The notes under the pieces: model-generated
Told to the model about the DNA's origin: nothing
What the model saw: only the letters and a program-made list of their open reading frames with translations
The model's database searches: none
Part shown: positions 9,727 to 19,518 of the stretch, piece after piece
Layout: each line of letters opens with the position of its first letter
Numbering within the stretch: position 1 is the first letter of the stretch
Program-made: the position numbers and the translations under genes
Source of the DNA: Chloroflexota bacterium
Lineage (GTDB): Bacteria; Chloroflexota; Dehalococcoidia; Lucifugimonadales; JACPQL01
Length of the DNA stretch: 64,000 bases
NCBI GenBank assembly: GCA_016190445.1
Contig: JACPQL010000008.1
Coordinates: 3,139 to 67,138, forward strand
Reading direction: 5' to 3'

Positions 9727-11508
9727 ATGTCCAGAGCCACAGGCAAAATGTTGACCTTGGCCCTGGGCGCAGCAGCGCTCCTGCTGCTGGCAGCCCAGGC
9801 CTGCGCCGGCGCCGAGCCCACGGCCACGCCGACGCCCACACCCACACCGCGGCCAGCGGCCACGGCCACGCCAACACCCACCCCAGTGCCCGGCGCGACG
9901 CCCACACCCACCATCCGGGTGGTGCTGGTGGCCACGCCCACGCCAACGCCTACAGCCCCACCCGTGGCCGTCAAGCCCAGCGGCACCCTTAAGTACGCCA
10001 TGGACGCCGTCTCCAGCGCCTTCCCCCTGGAACACCTACAGGGTAGCGCCGCCCAGCGCATCTACCTGGGAGGCACCATCTTCGAGTACCTCATCGGTAC
10101 CGACTTCACCGGACAGATGGTCCCCCAGCTAGCCACCAAGTGGGAGACCAAGGACGGCAAGACCTGGGACTTCACCATTCGCAAGGGAGTCAAGTTCACC
10201 AACGGTCGCGAGATGGACGTCAACGACATCAAGGGTTCCTTCGACGTCCAGTTGCAGTACGGCAAAGGCTCCCAGGGCGCCCAGTTCAAGCGCGTCATTG
10301 ACCACGCCGAGGTCCTCGACCCAGATACCGTCCGCGTGGTGACCAAGGAACCCAACTTCCTCTTCTACTTCGACCTGTCCCAGGCCTCCTACCGGAACTT
10401 CTGGATAGTCCCCATGGACTACTTCAACCAGGTGGGAGCTGACAAGTTCGCTCAGCAGCCCAAAGGCTCAGGCCCCTACGAGTTCGTGGAGAAGGTAGCC
10501 GGCGACCACGTCACAATGCGAGTGCGCGACGACGTGGTCAAGAGCGGCCACTGGCGCCTCAAGCCAGTCTACTGGGAGGAGCTCCAGGCCTACAAGGTCC
10601 AGGAGGAGTCAACCCGCATCGCCATGCTCAAGACGGGCAAACTGGACCTGATTGACATCGCCGTCGCCCTCAAGGACCAGGTGGCGGGCATCCCCCTGGT
10701 GCGCAATGAGGCAGTCACCGCCGGTGCCATCGGTCTGTGCTGCATCGGCGAGGCGCCCTCTATCTTTAACGACATCAAGGTCCGCAAGGCCCTCAACCTG
10801 GCCGTGGACGTGGACACCATCGCCAAGACCATCTTCAAGGGTGAACTCGCCCGCCAGGCCGTCTTCAACTACACCAAGGACGTCTGGGGCTTCGACCCAT
10901 CCCTCAAGCCCTATGCCTACGACGTGGCCGAGGCACAGCGCATCGCCAAAGAGGCGGGCTTCCCACCCCCAGGCTACAAGATGACCATGTACCTGCGCAC
11001 CGACGCCATCGGCATCCCCGACATCGTGGCGGCGGGTGAGGCCGTAGGCACCTACTGGAAGCGCAACCTTGGCCTGGACGTGAGCTTTCAGCCCATTGAG
11101 TCGGCCCGCCTTAGCCCCATGAGCACCCTCAAGACCCCACCCGACCAGATGGTGGCGTCGGGGCTGTGGAACAACGCCTGGACTCCGCGCTCCAGCGTCG
11201 TGGCGGACCCCGGCCAGGCCTTCAACGCCACCATGGGGTGCAAGGCCATCTTCGGCGGCGAGCATCCCTCCCGCACCACATGCACCGAGGTGGACGACTG
11301 GATGCTGGAGTACTTCAAGACGCCGGACCCCAAGGCCCGTGACGCCCTCTCCCTCAAGATCCAGAAGTGGCACTACGACAGCTACATCCCCGTGCCTCTG
11401 GGCGCGGCCAACCAGATCTTCGCCATGGGACCGAAGGTGAAGCTGTACCGCGTGCACCCCGGCTTCCCATACGCCGACTATATTGAGTACACGGAGCCCA
11501 ACAGGTAA
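9727..11508 (+). CDS. ABC transporter substrate-binding lipoprotein, family 5 (peptide/nickel type), paralog 1
   Basis: Signal peptide plus lipobox (LAAQAC), a long PT-rich tether, then an SBP_bac_5-like core (ATKWETKDGKTWDFTIRKGVKF). Confidence 0.9.
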   Translation: MSRATGKMLTLALGAAALLLLAAQACAGAEPTATPTPTPTPRPAATATPTPTPVPGATPTPTIRVVLVATPTPTPTAPPVAVKPSGTLKYAMDAVSSAFPLEHLQGSAAQRIYLGGTIFEYLIGTDFTGQMVPQLATKWETKDGKTWDFTIRKGVKFTNGREMDVNDIKGSFDVQLQYGKGSQGAQFKRVIDHAEVLDPDTVRVVTKEPNFLFYFDLSQASYRNFWIVPMDYFNQVGADKFAQQPKGSGPYEFVEKVAGDHVTMRVRDDVVKSGHWRLKPVYWEELQAYKVQEESTRIAMLKTGKLDLIDIAVALKDQVAGIPLVRNEAVTAGAIGLCCIGEAPSIFNDIKVRKALNLAVDVDTIAKTIFKGELARQAVFNYTKDVWGFDPSLKPYAYDVAEAQRIAKEAGFPPPGYKMTMYLRTDAIGIPDIVAAGEAVGTYWKRNLGLDVSFQPIESARLSPMSTLKTPPDQMVASGLWNNAWTPRSSVVADPGQAFNATMGCKAIFGGEHPSRTTCTEVDDWMLEYFKTPDPKARDALSLKIQKWHYDSYIPVPLGAANQIFAMGPKVKLYRVHPGFPYADYIEYTEPNR

Positions 11509-11586
11509 ATAGTGCCACGCATACCCTGTCCCGTACGCGCCGATACCGGCCCCGGGGCAGGGATATAGGCGGAGGTCAAAGGAGGA

Positions 11587-13389
11587 ATGACCATGAGACG
11601 GACAACAGGCAAAATGCTCACCCTGCTCCTGGGCGCAGCGGCGCTCCTGCTGCTGGCAGTCCAGGCCTGCGCCGGCGCCGAGCCCACGGCCACGCCGACG
11701 CCCACAGCCACGCCACGGCCGGCGGCCACAGCCACCCCGACACCCACTCTGGCGCCTGGCGTGCCCACACCCACACCCACCATCCGGGTGGTGCTGGTGG
11801 CCACTCCAACGCCTACGCCCACAGCCCCACCCGTGGCCGTCAAGCCCAGCGGCACGGTGAAATTCGCCTTCGACGCCGTCTCCAGCGCCTTCCCACTGGA
11901 GCACTTCCAGGGTAGCGCTGCCCAGCGCATCTACATGGGGGGCACGGTCTTCGAGTACCTGTTGGACACGGACCTGGAGGGTAAGATAGTCCCGGGCCTG
12001 GCCACCAAGTGGGAGACCAAGGACGCCAGCTACTGGGACCTGACCATTCGCAAGGGCGTCAAGTTCGCCAACGGCCGCGAGATGGATGTCAACGACATCA
12101 AAGGCAGCTTCGACACCCTGCTGAAGTACGGCAAGGGCTCCCTGGCGGCGCGCTTCAAGCGCATGGTTGACCACGCCGAGGTCCTGAACGACAGCACTGT
12201 GCGCGTGGTGCTCAAGGACCCCAACTTCCTCTTCTATTCCGATATCTCCAGGGCCACCTTCAGCAACTTCTGGATAGTCCCCATGGACTACTTCAACCAG
12301 GTGGGCATAGACAAGTTCGGAGAACAGCCCAGAGGCAGCGGCCCCTACCAGTTCGTGGAGAAGGTGGCAGGCGACCATGTCACCCTCCGCGTGCGCGACG
12401 ACGTGGTCCGCGACGGCCACTGGCGCGTCAAGCCAGTCTACTGGCAAGAGATCCAGTTCTACAAGGTCCAGGAGGAGTCCACGCGTATCGCCATGCTCAA
12501 GACGGCCAAACTGGACCTCGTTGATATCGCCGTCGCCCTCAAGGACCAGGTGGCGGGCCTCCCCCTGGTGCGTAACGAGGGTGTCACCGCCGGCGCCATA
12601 GGCATGTGCTGCATCGGCGACAAGTCCCAGATCCCGGTCTTCAAGGACCGCCCGGGCGAGCCCCTCTTCAACGACATCCGCGTCCGCAAGGCCCTCAACC
12701 TGGCCGTGGACGTGGACACCATCGCCAAGACCATCTTCAAGGGCGAGATAGTCCGCCAGTCCGTCTTCAACTTCACCAAGGATGTCTGGGGGTTCGACCC
12801 CTCGCTCAAACCCTACCCCTACGACGTCGAGCAAGCCAAGCAGCTCGCCAAGGAGGCGGGGTTCCCGCCCCCGGGCTACAAGATGACCATGTACCTGCGG
12901 ACTGATGCCATCGGCATCCCCGACATCGTTGCGGCGGGTGAGGCCGTTGGCACCTACTGGAAGCGCAACCTGGGCGTGGACGTCCAGTTCCAGCCCATTG
13001 AGAATGCCCGCCTCACCCCCATGAACGAGCTGAGTGCTGGAGACCTGTGGAACAACACCTGGACGCCCCGCTCCAGCGTGATAGCTGACCCGGGCCAGGC
13101 TTACCAGGCCACCATGGGCTGCAAGGTCATCTTCAGCTCCACCCACTCCTCCCGCACCACCTGCTCTGAGGTGGATGACTGGATGCTCCAGTACTTCCAG
13201 AGCCCCGACCCGGCCGTCAGGGACGACCTATCCCGCAAGGTCCAGAAGTGGCACTCCGATAACTGGGTCCCCGTGCCCCTGGGCGCCGCCAACCAGATAT
13301 TTGCCCTGGGGCCCAAGGTGAAGAAGTACTACATCCACCCTGGATTCCCCTACGCCGACTACAATGAGCTAACGGAGCCCAACAGGTAG
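11587..13389 (+). CDS. ABC transporter substrate-binding lipoprotein, family 5, paralog 2
   Basis: Same architecture as paralog 1 and clearly homologous along its full length. Confidence 0.9.
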   Translation: MTMRRTTGKMLTLLLGAAALLLLAVQACAGAEPTATPTPTATPRPAATATPTPTLAPGVPTPTPTIRVVLVATPTPTPTAPPVAVKPSGTVKFAFDAVSSAFPLEHFQGSAAQRIYMGGTVFEYLLDTDLEGKIVPGLATKWETKDASYWDLTIRKGVKFANGREMDVNDIKGSFDTLLKYGKGSLAARFKRMVDHAEVLNDSTVRVVLKDPNFLFYSDISRATFSNFWIVPMDYFNQVGIDKFGEQPRGSGPYQFVEKVAGDHVTLRVRDDVVRDGHWRVKPVYWQEIQFYKVQEESTRIAMLKTAKLDLVDIAVALKDQVAGLPLVRNEGVTAGAIGMCCIGDKSQIPVFKDRPGEPLFNDIRVRKALNLAVDVDTIAKTIFKGEIVRQSVFNFTKDVWGFDPSLKPYPYDVEQAKQLAKEAGFPPPGYKMTMYLRTDAIGIPDIVAAGEAVGTYWKRNLGVDVQFQPIENARLTPMNELSAGDLWNNTWTPRSSVIADPGQAYQATMGCKVIFSSTHSSRTTCSEVDDWMLQYFQSPDPAVRDDLSRKVQKWHSDNWVPVPLGAANQIFALGPKVKKYYIHPGFPYADYNELTEPNR

Positions 13390-13522
13390 GCCAGCATCCA
13401 GCCCCTGCCCTGGGGCCAGGACCAGTGCCCCGGGGCAGGGCTATCCTTCTACGGAGCGGCGGCAGTAAAGTTGCCGCGGGGCCGAGTGCGGGAGCAAGTG
13501 CGTCTCGCGCACGGAAGGAGGG

Positions 13523-15310
13523 ATGGCTATGAGAGGTGCAAAAGGCAGGATGCTCACCCTGTTCCTGGGCGCAGCGGCGCTCTTGCTGCTGGCGGCCCAG
13601 GCGTGCGCCGGCGCTGAGCCCACGGCCACGCCCACACCCACACCCACGCCACGGCCAGCAGCCACGGCCACTCCTACCCCCACCCTGGCGCCTGGCGCGC
13701 CCACGCCCACTATCAGGGTGGTGCTGGTGGCCACTCCAACGCCGACACCCACAACCCCACCTGTGGCCGCCAAGCCCAGCGGCACCCTGAAGTACGCCAT
13801 GGACACCATCTCCAGCGCCCTTCCCCTGGAGCACTTCACGGGAGACTCTGCCGTGCGCATCTACATGGGCGGCACGGTCTTCGAGTGGCTCCTGCACACC
13901 GACATGGAAGGCAAGATAGTTCCAGGCCTGGCCACCAAATGGGAGACAAAGGATGGCACGTACTGGGACCTTACCATCCGCAAGGGGGTTACCTTCCCAA
14001 GCGGCCGCGAGATGACCGCGAAGGACGTGGCGGGAAGCATTATGGCGTGGAAGGAGCACGGGAAGGGCTCCTTCGGGAACCACATGAGGCGGGTAATTGA
14101 CCGTGCCGAGGTACTGGACCCCAACACGGTCCGCATGTTCCTGAAGGACCCCGATTTCCTGTGGTTCTTCACCATATCCAGGGCCAACTACCGGAACCCG
14201 TGGACCATTGATATGGAATACCTGGACCAGGTGGGGATTGACAAGTTTCGAGAGCAGCCCGTGGGCACCGGCCCCTTCCGAGTGGTGGAGAAGGTGGCGG
14301 GCGACCACGTCACCCTCCGCGTGCGCGACGACGTGGCCAAGAGCGGCCACTGGCGCGTCAATCCCGTCTACTGGGAACAGATCCAGGCATACAAGGTCCA
14401 GGAGGAGTCCACCAGGATCGCCATGCTCAAGACGGCCAAACTGGACCTGATTGACATAGCCGTGGGTCTCAAGGACCAGGTGGCTGGCCTGCCCCAGGTG
14501 AGGAACGAGGGGGTCTCCGGCGCCGCCATCGGCCTCTGCTGCATCTCAGACAAGGAAGACTCCATATTCAACGACATCCGTGTCCGCAAGGCGTTGAACC
14601 TGGCAGTGGACATGGACACCGTAGCCAAGACCGTCTTCAAGGGAGAGCTGACCCCCCAGGCGGTGTTCATCTTCACCAAGGACATGTGGGGCTTCGACCC
14701 CTCCCTCACGCCCTACCCCTACAATGTTGAAGAGGCCAAGAAACTCGCCAAGGAGGCGGGCTTCCCACCCCCCGGCTACAAGATGACCATGTACCTGCGC
14801 ACCGACGCCCCTGGATTCCCCGATCTTCCGGCCGCGGGGGAGGCCATCGGCACCTACTGGAAGCGCAACCTGGGCGTGGACGTCCAGTTCCAGCCCATCG
14901 AGTATGCCCGCCTCAGCGCCATGTTCGCGTGGGACAGCACAACACGGAAAATGCAGGCTCCGGGCCTGTGGAACAACACCTGGACGCCACGTGCCACCAC
15001 GATCCCGAACCCGAGCGAGGTCTTCAACACGGCCTTCGGGTGCAAAGACATATTCGGCGCCAGCCACACCTCGCGTTTAACCTGCGGCGAGGTGGACAAC
15101 TGGATGCTCCAGTACCCCCAGAGCCCTGACCCAGCCGTCAGGGACGAGCTGGCCCGCAAGGTGCAGAAGTGGTACCACGAGCAGTGGATCCCGGTGCCCA
15201 TCGGCGTGACTAACCAGATCTTCGTCTCGGGCCCCAAGGTAGCCACCTACTCCCCGCAACCCGGCTTCTCCTACGGCGACAACTTCGAGTACGTGGTACC
15301 CAAGAGGTAG
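13523..15310 (+). CDS. ABC transporter substrate-binding lipoprotein, family 5, paralog 3
   Basis: Same architecture as paralog 1. By eye it is the most divergent mature domain of the four. Confidence 0.9.
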   Translation: MAMRGAKGRMLTLFLGAAALLLLAAQACAGAEPTATPTPTPTPRPAATATPTPTLAPGAPTPTIRVVLVATPTPTPTTPPVAAKPSGTLKYAMDTISSALPLEHFTGDSAVRIYMGGTVFEWLLHTDMEGKIVPGLATKWETKDGTYWDLTIRKGVTFPSGREMTAKDVAGSIMAWKEHGKGSFGNHMRRVIDRAEVLDPNTVRMFLKDPDFLWFFTISRANYRNPWTIDMEYLDQVGIDKFREQPVGTGPFRVVEKVAGDHVTLRVRDDVAKSGHWRVNPVYWEQIQAYKVQEESTRIAMLKTAKLDLIDIAVGLKDQVAGLPQVRNEGVSGAAIGLCCISDKEDSIFNDIRVRKALNLAVDMDTVAKTVFKGELTPQAVFIFTKDMWGFDPSLTPYPYNVEEAKKLAKEAGFPPPGYKMTMYLRTDAPGFPDLPAAGEAIGTYWKRNLGVDVQFQPIEYARLSAMFAWDSTTRKMQAPGLWNNTWTPRATTIPNPSEVFNTAFGCKDIFGASHTSRLTCGEVDNWMLQYPQSPDPAVRDELARKVQKWYHEQWIPVPIGVTNQIFVSGPKVATYSPQPGFSYGDNFEYVVPKR

Positions 15311-15342
15311 GCAGCAGGCTTTCAGGCATGCCCTTTGACACT

Positions 15343-15370
15343 GGGCGGCGCCGGTTGTCCGGCGCCGCCC
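15343..15370 (+). terminator. GC-rich hairpin after SBP paralog 3
   Basis: gggcggcgccgg-ttgt-ccggcgccgccc forms a perfect 12-bp stem, followed by agtcctttg. Confidence 0.5.
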
Positions 15371-15479
15371 AGTCCTTTGAGCGAGGCTTGCATTTATGCC
15401 CCTGGGTTGCTACTATCTTTCTCACTTTCCCCGCGCAGCAGAGTGGCTGCTACGAGATTCATAGGCGGAGGGCAGGAGT

Positions 15480-17255
15480 ATGAACAGAACCCGTCTCGTG
15501 TCGGTCCTCGTTGGCTTGGCGATGGTGCTGACACTGGTTGTAGCCTGCGCGGGCGCCGAGCCAACGGCCATCCCCACACCTACGCCCACGCCACGGCCAG
15601 CGGCCACGGCCACCCCCACTCCCACCCCAGCGCCGGGCACGCCTACGCCCACGCCCACCATCCGGGTGGTGCTGGTGGCCACACCAACGCCAACACCCAC
15701 GGCCCCGCCTGTGGCCGTCAAGCCCAGCGGCACCCTGAAGTACGCCATGGATGCCATCTCCAGCGCCCTGCCCCTCGAGCACTTCAACGGAGATGCAGCC
15801 GTGCGCATATACATGGGCGGCACCGTCTTCGAGTGGCTCATAGGCACCGACTTCCAGGGCCAACTGGTCCCCGAGCTGGCCACCAAGTGGGAGACCAAGG
15901 ACGGCAAAAGCTGGGACTTCACCATCCGCAAGGGGGTCACCTTCCCCAACGGCCGCGAGATGGACGTCAACGACATCAAGGGTTCCATGGACGCTGAGTT
16001 GAAGTACGGCAAGGGCTCCGCGGGGGCCCACTTCAAGCGCATCATTGACCACGTGGAGGTCCTGAGCCCAGATACCGTGCGGATCGTCATGAAGGACCCC
16101 AACTACCTCTTCTACGATACTATGTCCAAGGCCTCCTACAGGAACTACTGGACAATGCCCATGGACTACTTCAATCAGGTGGGAGTAGACAAGTTCAACA
16201 CACAGCCCATGGGCACCGGCCCCTACCAGTTCGCGGAGAAGGTGGCGGGTGACCACGTCACATTCCGGGTTAGGGACGATGTGGCCAAGAGTGGCCACTG
16301 GAGGGTCAAACCCGTCTACTGGGAGGAGATCCAGGCATACAAGGTCCAGGAGGAGTCCACCAGGATCGCCATGCTCAAGACCGGCCGATTGGACCTGATT
16401 GACATCGCCGTTGCCCTCAAGGACCAGGTGACAGGCTGGCCCCTGATGCGCAACGAGGGCGTCACCGGCGCAGCCATCGCCATGTGCTGTATCGGCACTG
16501 CCCCCTCTGTCTTCAACGATATCAAGGTCCGCAAGGCCCTCAACTTGGCAGTGGACATGGACACTATCGCCAAGACCATCTTCAAGGGCGAGATCGTCCG
16601 CCAGGCGGTCTTCAACTACACCAAGGACGTCCGGGGCTTCGACCCCTCCCTCAAGCCCTACCCCTACGACCCGACTGAGGCCCAGCGCCTCGCCAAGGAG
16701 GCCGGCTTCCCGCCGCCAGGCTACAAGATGACCATGTACCTGCGGACCGACGCCATCGGCATCCCCGACATCACTGCGGCGGGTGAGGCCGTGGGCACCT
16801 ACTGGAAGCGCAACCTGGGCGTGGACGTCCAGTTCCAGCCCATCGAGCAGGTACGCCTGAGCCCAATGGTCACTCTCAAGACCCCTCCCGACCAGATGAC
16901 GGCCCCGGGGATGTGGAACAACACATGGACAGCTCGTTGCTCCCCAGTGGCAAACCCGGGGGAAGTCTTCAACTCCTGCATGGGCGGCAAAGAGCGTTTC
17001 AGCACCAGCCACACCTCCCACATACGTGCCGACGAGGTGGACGACTGGATGTGGGCCTACTACCAGTCACCGGACCCCAAGGCCAGAGACGAGCTCTCCA
17101 TAAAGATCCAGAAGTGGTTCTATGACGCCTGGATTCCGGTGCCCCTGGGGGCAGCCAACCAGATCTTCGCCCTGGGACCCAAGGTGAAGACCTACCACAT
17201 TCACCCTGGGTTCCCTTACGCCGACTACATCGAGTACACTGAGCCCAACAGGTAG
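15480..17255 (+). CDS. ABC transporter substrate-binding lipoprotein, family 5, paralog 4
   Basis: Different signal peptide (MNRTRLVSVLVGLAMVLTLVVAC) but the same PT tether and SBP core. Confidence 0.9.
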   Translation: MNRTRLVSVLVGLAMVLTLVVACAGAEPTAIPTPTPTPRPAATATPTPTPAPGTPTPTPTIRVVLVATPTPTPTAPPVAVKPSGTLKYAMDAISSALPLEHFNGDAAVRIYMGGTVFEWLIGTDFQGQLVPELATKWETKDGKSWDFTIRKGVTFPNGREMDVNDIKGSMDAELKYGKGSAGAHFKRIIDHVEVLSPDTVRIVMKDPNYLFYDTMSKASYRNYWTMPMDYFNQVGVDKFNTQPMGTGPYQFAEKVAGDHVTFRVRDDVAKSGHWRVKPVYWEEIQAYKVQEESTRIAMLKTGRLDLIDIAVALKDQVTGWPLMRNEGVTGAAIAMCCIGTAPSVFNDIKVRKALNLAVDMDTIAKTIFKGEIVRQAVFNYTKDVRGFDPSLKPYPYDPTEAQRLAKEAGFPPPGYKMTMYLRTDAIGIPDITAAGEAVGTYWKRNLGVDVQFQPIEQVRLSPMVTLKTPPDQMTAPGMWNNTWTARCSPVANPGEVFNSCMGGKERFSTSHTSHIRADEVDDWMWAYYQSPDPKARDELSIKIQKWFYDAWIPVPLGAANQIFALGPKVKTYHIHPGFPYADYIEYTEPNR

Positions 17256-17287
17256 GCCACAGGGCCCCAGGCACACTGTCTGCCATT

Positions 17288-17313
17288 GGCGGCGCCGGAC
17301 AACCGGCGCCGCC
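17288..17313 (+). terminator. GC-rich hairpin after SBP paralog 4
   Basis: ggcggcgccgg-acaa-ccggcgccgcc forms a perfect 11-bp stem, followed by cttcctttgcg. The stem matches the 15343 hairpin but the loop is inverted. Confidence 0.55.
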
Positions 17314-17411
17314 CTTCCTTTGCGTTGACACTCAGCCACTTCCACACCTACACTACGAAATCGGCAACTCGGCCCGTCCACTGGCTACACTGAAGCGAGG
17401 GACCCAAACAG

Positions 17412-18635
17412 ATGGTCCGCCTGACACAGACAGGAATGACCGATAACGAAAAGAGGGTGGTAGTCTACACCTCGGCGGCCCACGCCCTGAACCACGCCCT
17501 GGAGCTGACCTACGGCGCGGTGCTGCTGGTGGTAGCAGCCCAGTTTGGCGTGGGACTGGGGACGCTGGGCATCCTCGCCAGCATAGCCGCCCTGGCCTAC
17601 GCCTTGTCTGCACTGCCAGCAGGCACGGTGGTGGACCGGCTGGGGTCCAAGCGCGTGATAGTGCTGTCCCTGGTGGGAGCCGCGGCAGGCTCAGTCGTGG
17701 CGGCCATGTCGCAGAGCGTGTGGGTGCTGGCGGCTGGTCTCACCGTGGTCGGGTTCTTCGGTGGCATGTACCACCCGGCTGGCCTCACATTCATCGCCCG
17801 AGGCGTGCGAGGGCGAGCCCGGGGCCTGGGGTTGCACGGCATGGGGGGCAACTTGGGCGTGGCCCTGGCCCCCGTGGTGGCAGCCACCATCGCCGGCGTC
17901 TATACGTGGCGGGCCTCCTTCCTTCTGTTCGGGGCCATCGCCCTGCTGGCCGCAGTGGTCATGCAGGTATCCAAGGTAACCGAGGGCGAGTACGCCCGAG
18001 CGAGCGGACAGCGGGAAGCCCACGCCCGGGGCAGCAACCGTGAGGTGACCAGGGCCGTGCTGTTCCCCCTGGTGCTCATCTTTGTGATAAACGCCCTTTT
18101 CGGCTTCATATACCGGGGCACCACCACCTTCCTGCCCGCACATCTGACCGAGAATCTGAGGTTCGACCTGTTTGGCCTGGCACCCGTGACCATCGGCGGG
18201 AGTTTTGCCACCGTGGCGCTGTTGTTTGGCATGGCGGGTCAATACGTGGGAGGGGAGCTGGGTGAACGGATGCGCAGGGAATCGCTCCTGATACCGCTGG
18301 CGGCGCTGGCAGTGCCAGCCCTGCTTATTGTGGGCTACACCAGCGGGGCAGTCCTGGTGATAGGGGCAGCCGCCTTCGCTTTCGTCAACTTCATGGCCCA
18401 GCCGTCCTACAATGCCCTTATCGCCGACTACGCGCCACCGCGAATGCACGGGCGCATGTTCGGGGTGGCGTTCCTGGTCGGCTTCGGGTTCGGCTCCTTC
18501 GCAGGGACTGTCGGGGGACTCATCGCCCAAGAGGTCGGCACAGCGTGGGTGTTCCGCGTACTGGCCATCTTCGGGGTGCTCATCACGGGCTGCACCGTGG
18601 CCATGCACCTGTATGCAACGCGGCGGCGAGGCTAG
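17412..18635 (+). CDS. MFS transporter
   Basis: 407 aa with about 12 hydrophobic segments. Has an MFS-type loop motif (GTVVDRLGSKRV). Confidence 0.85.
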   Translation: MVRLTQTGMTDNEKRVVVYTSAAHALNHALELTYGAVLLVVAAQFGVGLGTLGILASIAALAYALSALPAGTVVDRLGSKRVIVLSLVGAAAGSVVAAMSQSVWVLAAGLTVVGFFGGMYHPAGLTFIARGVRGRARGLGLHGMGGNLGVALAPVVAATIAGVYTWRASFLLFGAIALLAAVVMQVSKVTEGEYARASGQREAHARGSNREVTRAVLFPLVLIFVINALFGFIYRGTTTFLPAHLTENLRFDLFGLAPVTIGGSFATVALLFGMAGQYVGGELGERMRRESLLIPLAALAVPALLIVGYTSGAVLVIGAAAFAFVNFMAQPSYNALIADYAPPRMHGRMFGVAFLVGFGFGSFAGTVGGLIAQEVGTAWVFRVLAIFGVLITGCTVAMHLYATRRRG

Positions 18636-18683
18636 CAGCCCGCAGCTTCCGCGCTGCCAGCCGTGAGCGCAAGCCCGGAGGAG

Positions 18684-19364
18684 CTAGGGTAGCGGGTACG
18701 GAGGCGCCTGCCCCGGCAAGGCGAGGGGTTGAAGCGTCCGGTAGCAGCAACCAGGGTCGCCGCTCCGGATGCAGTCCTCTTTGATCACCTCCTGGCCCAG
18801 CACAGAGGTCAGAAGGTGCCGATCGAAGCTGCACACCAGGTCGCTGACCAGGGCCGCAGTGCGGAAGGGACAGTTGAGCAGGCGGAACCTGATGGCATCC
18901 CCCTCCCGCTCCACCACGGGCCGGAAGCCGCGCTCACTCAGGAGAGTGGCCAGGGCCTTCAGGCGCTCCTCCACCTGGCCACCGCCCATGGTCCGGGCCC
19001 TCTCCGCCCACTCCCTCTCCGAGACCCGCCTGAGGGCCAGCTCCAGGGCGTCTTTTCCACTGAAGTCGCTGGCGGCACCCGGGCTTAGCTTTCCCAGCTC
19101 CTCCAGCAGCAGGGCCAGAAGCCGGCCATAGTCCTTGGGGAGCGTCTCCTGCCCCGTCTCCGTCAAATAGAAGGCGTGCTCGGGCCGCCCCACCTTGTTC
19201 TTCAGGGCAACGTAGGCCACCATCCGGTCCCGCTGGAGGATGTCCAGGTGGCGGCGCACGGTGGCGGGCGCCAGGTCTAGCTGGCTGGTGATGTCCTCCA
19301 CCGTGCTGTAGGGGCTCCGCTGAAGAATCAGGAGGATGTCGAGCCTGGTCCCTTCCATAATCAT
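18684..19364 (-). CDS. ArsR-type winged-helix transcriptional regulator with Cys-rich C-terminal sensor region (SufR-like)
   Basis: N-terminus RLDILLILQRSPYSTVEDITSQLDLAPATVRRHLDILQRDRMV. The C-terminus carries C-x12-C-x20-C-x7-CC. Start placed at ATG 19364, behind a GGAGGAG RBS and downstream of the predicted promoter. Confidence 0.7.
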   Translation of the reverse strand: MIMEGTRLDILLILQRSPYSTVEDITSQLDLAPATVRRHLDILQRDRMVAYVALKNKVGRPEHAFYLTETGQETLPKDYGRLLALLLEELGKLSPGAASDFSGKDALELALRRVSEREWAERARTMGGGQVEERLKALATLLSERGFRPVVEREGDAIRFRLLNCPFRTAALVSDLVCSFDRHLLTSVLGQEVIKEDCIRSGDPGCCYRTLQPLALPGQAPPYPLP

Positions 19365-19413
19365 ACTTTGGCTCTCCTCCCGATAACCGGATGGGCCATA
19401 GGCCCTGTGGAGG

Positions 19414-19442
19414 ATTGTACAACCGGCGGCAGCGGAAGTCAA
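19414..19442 (-). promoter_or_regulatory. Sigma70-like promoter of the ArsR/SufR-like regulator
   Basis: Minus strand reads TTGACT, 17-nt spacer, TACAAT. This is a near-consensus promoter. Confidence 0.55.
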
Positions 19443-19489
19443 AATAGCGCGGCTTGGTGGCTTTTTGACGCCAATATGCATTAAAACCC

Positions 19490-19518
19490 TTGACGCGCAA
19501 GAAATCGCATGATAATCT
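19490..19518 (+). promoter_or_regulatory. Sigma70-like promoter of the small zinc-ribbon ORF
   Basis: TTGACG (19490-19495), 17-nt spacer, extended -10 TGaTAATCT. Sits in a locally AT-rich divergent intergenic region. Confidence 0.5.

Noticed and set aside
10609-13146. 845-aa ORF on the minus strand, the longest ORF in the track.
   Set aside because: It lies entirely antisense to two well-supported SBP genes. Its translation is low-complexity G/A/V/H/D-rich with no motifs. This is the typical stop-poor antisense frame of high-GC coding DNA.
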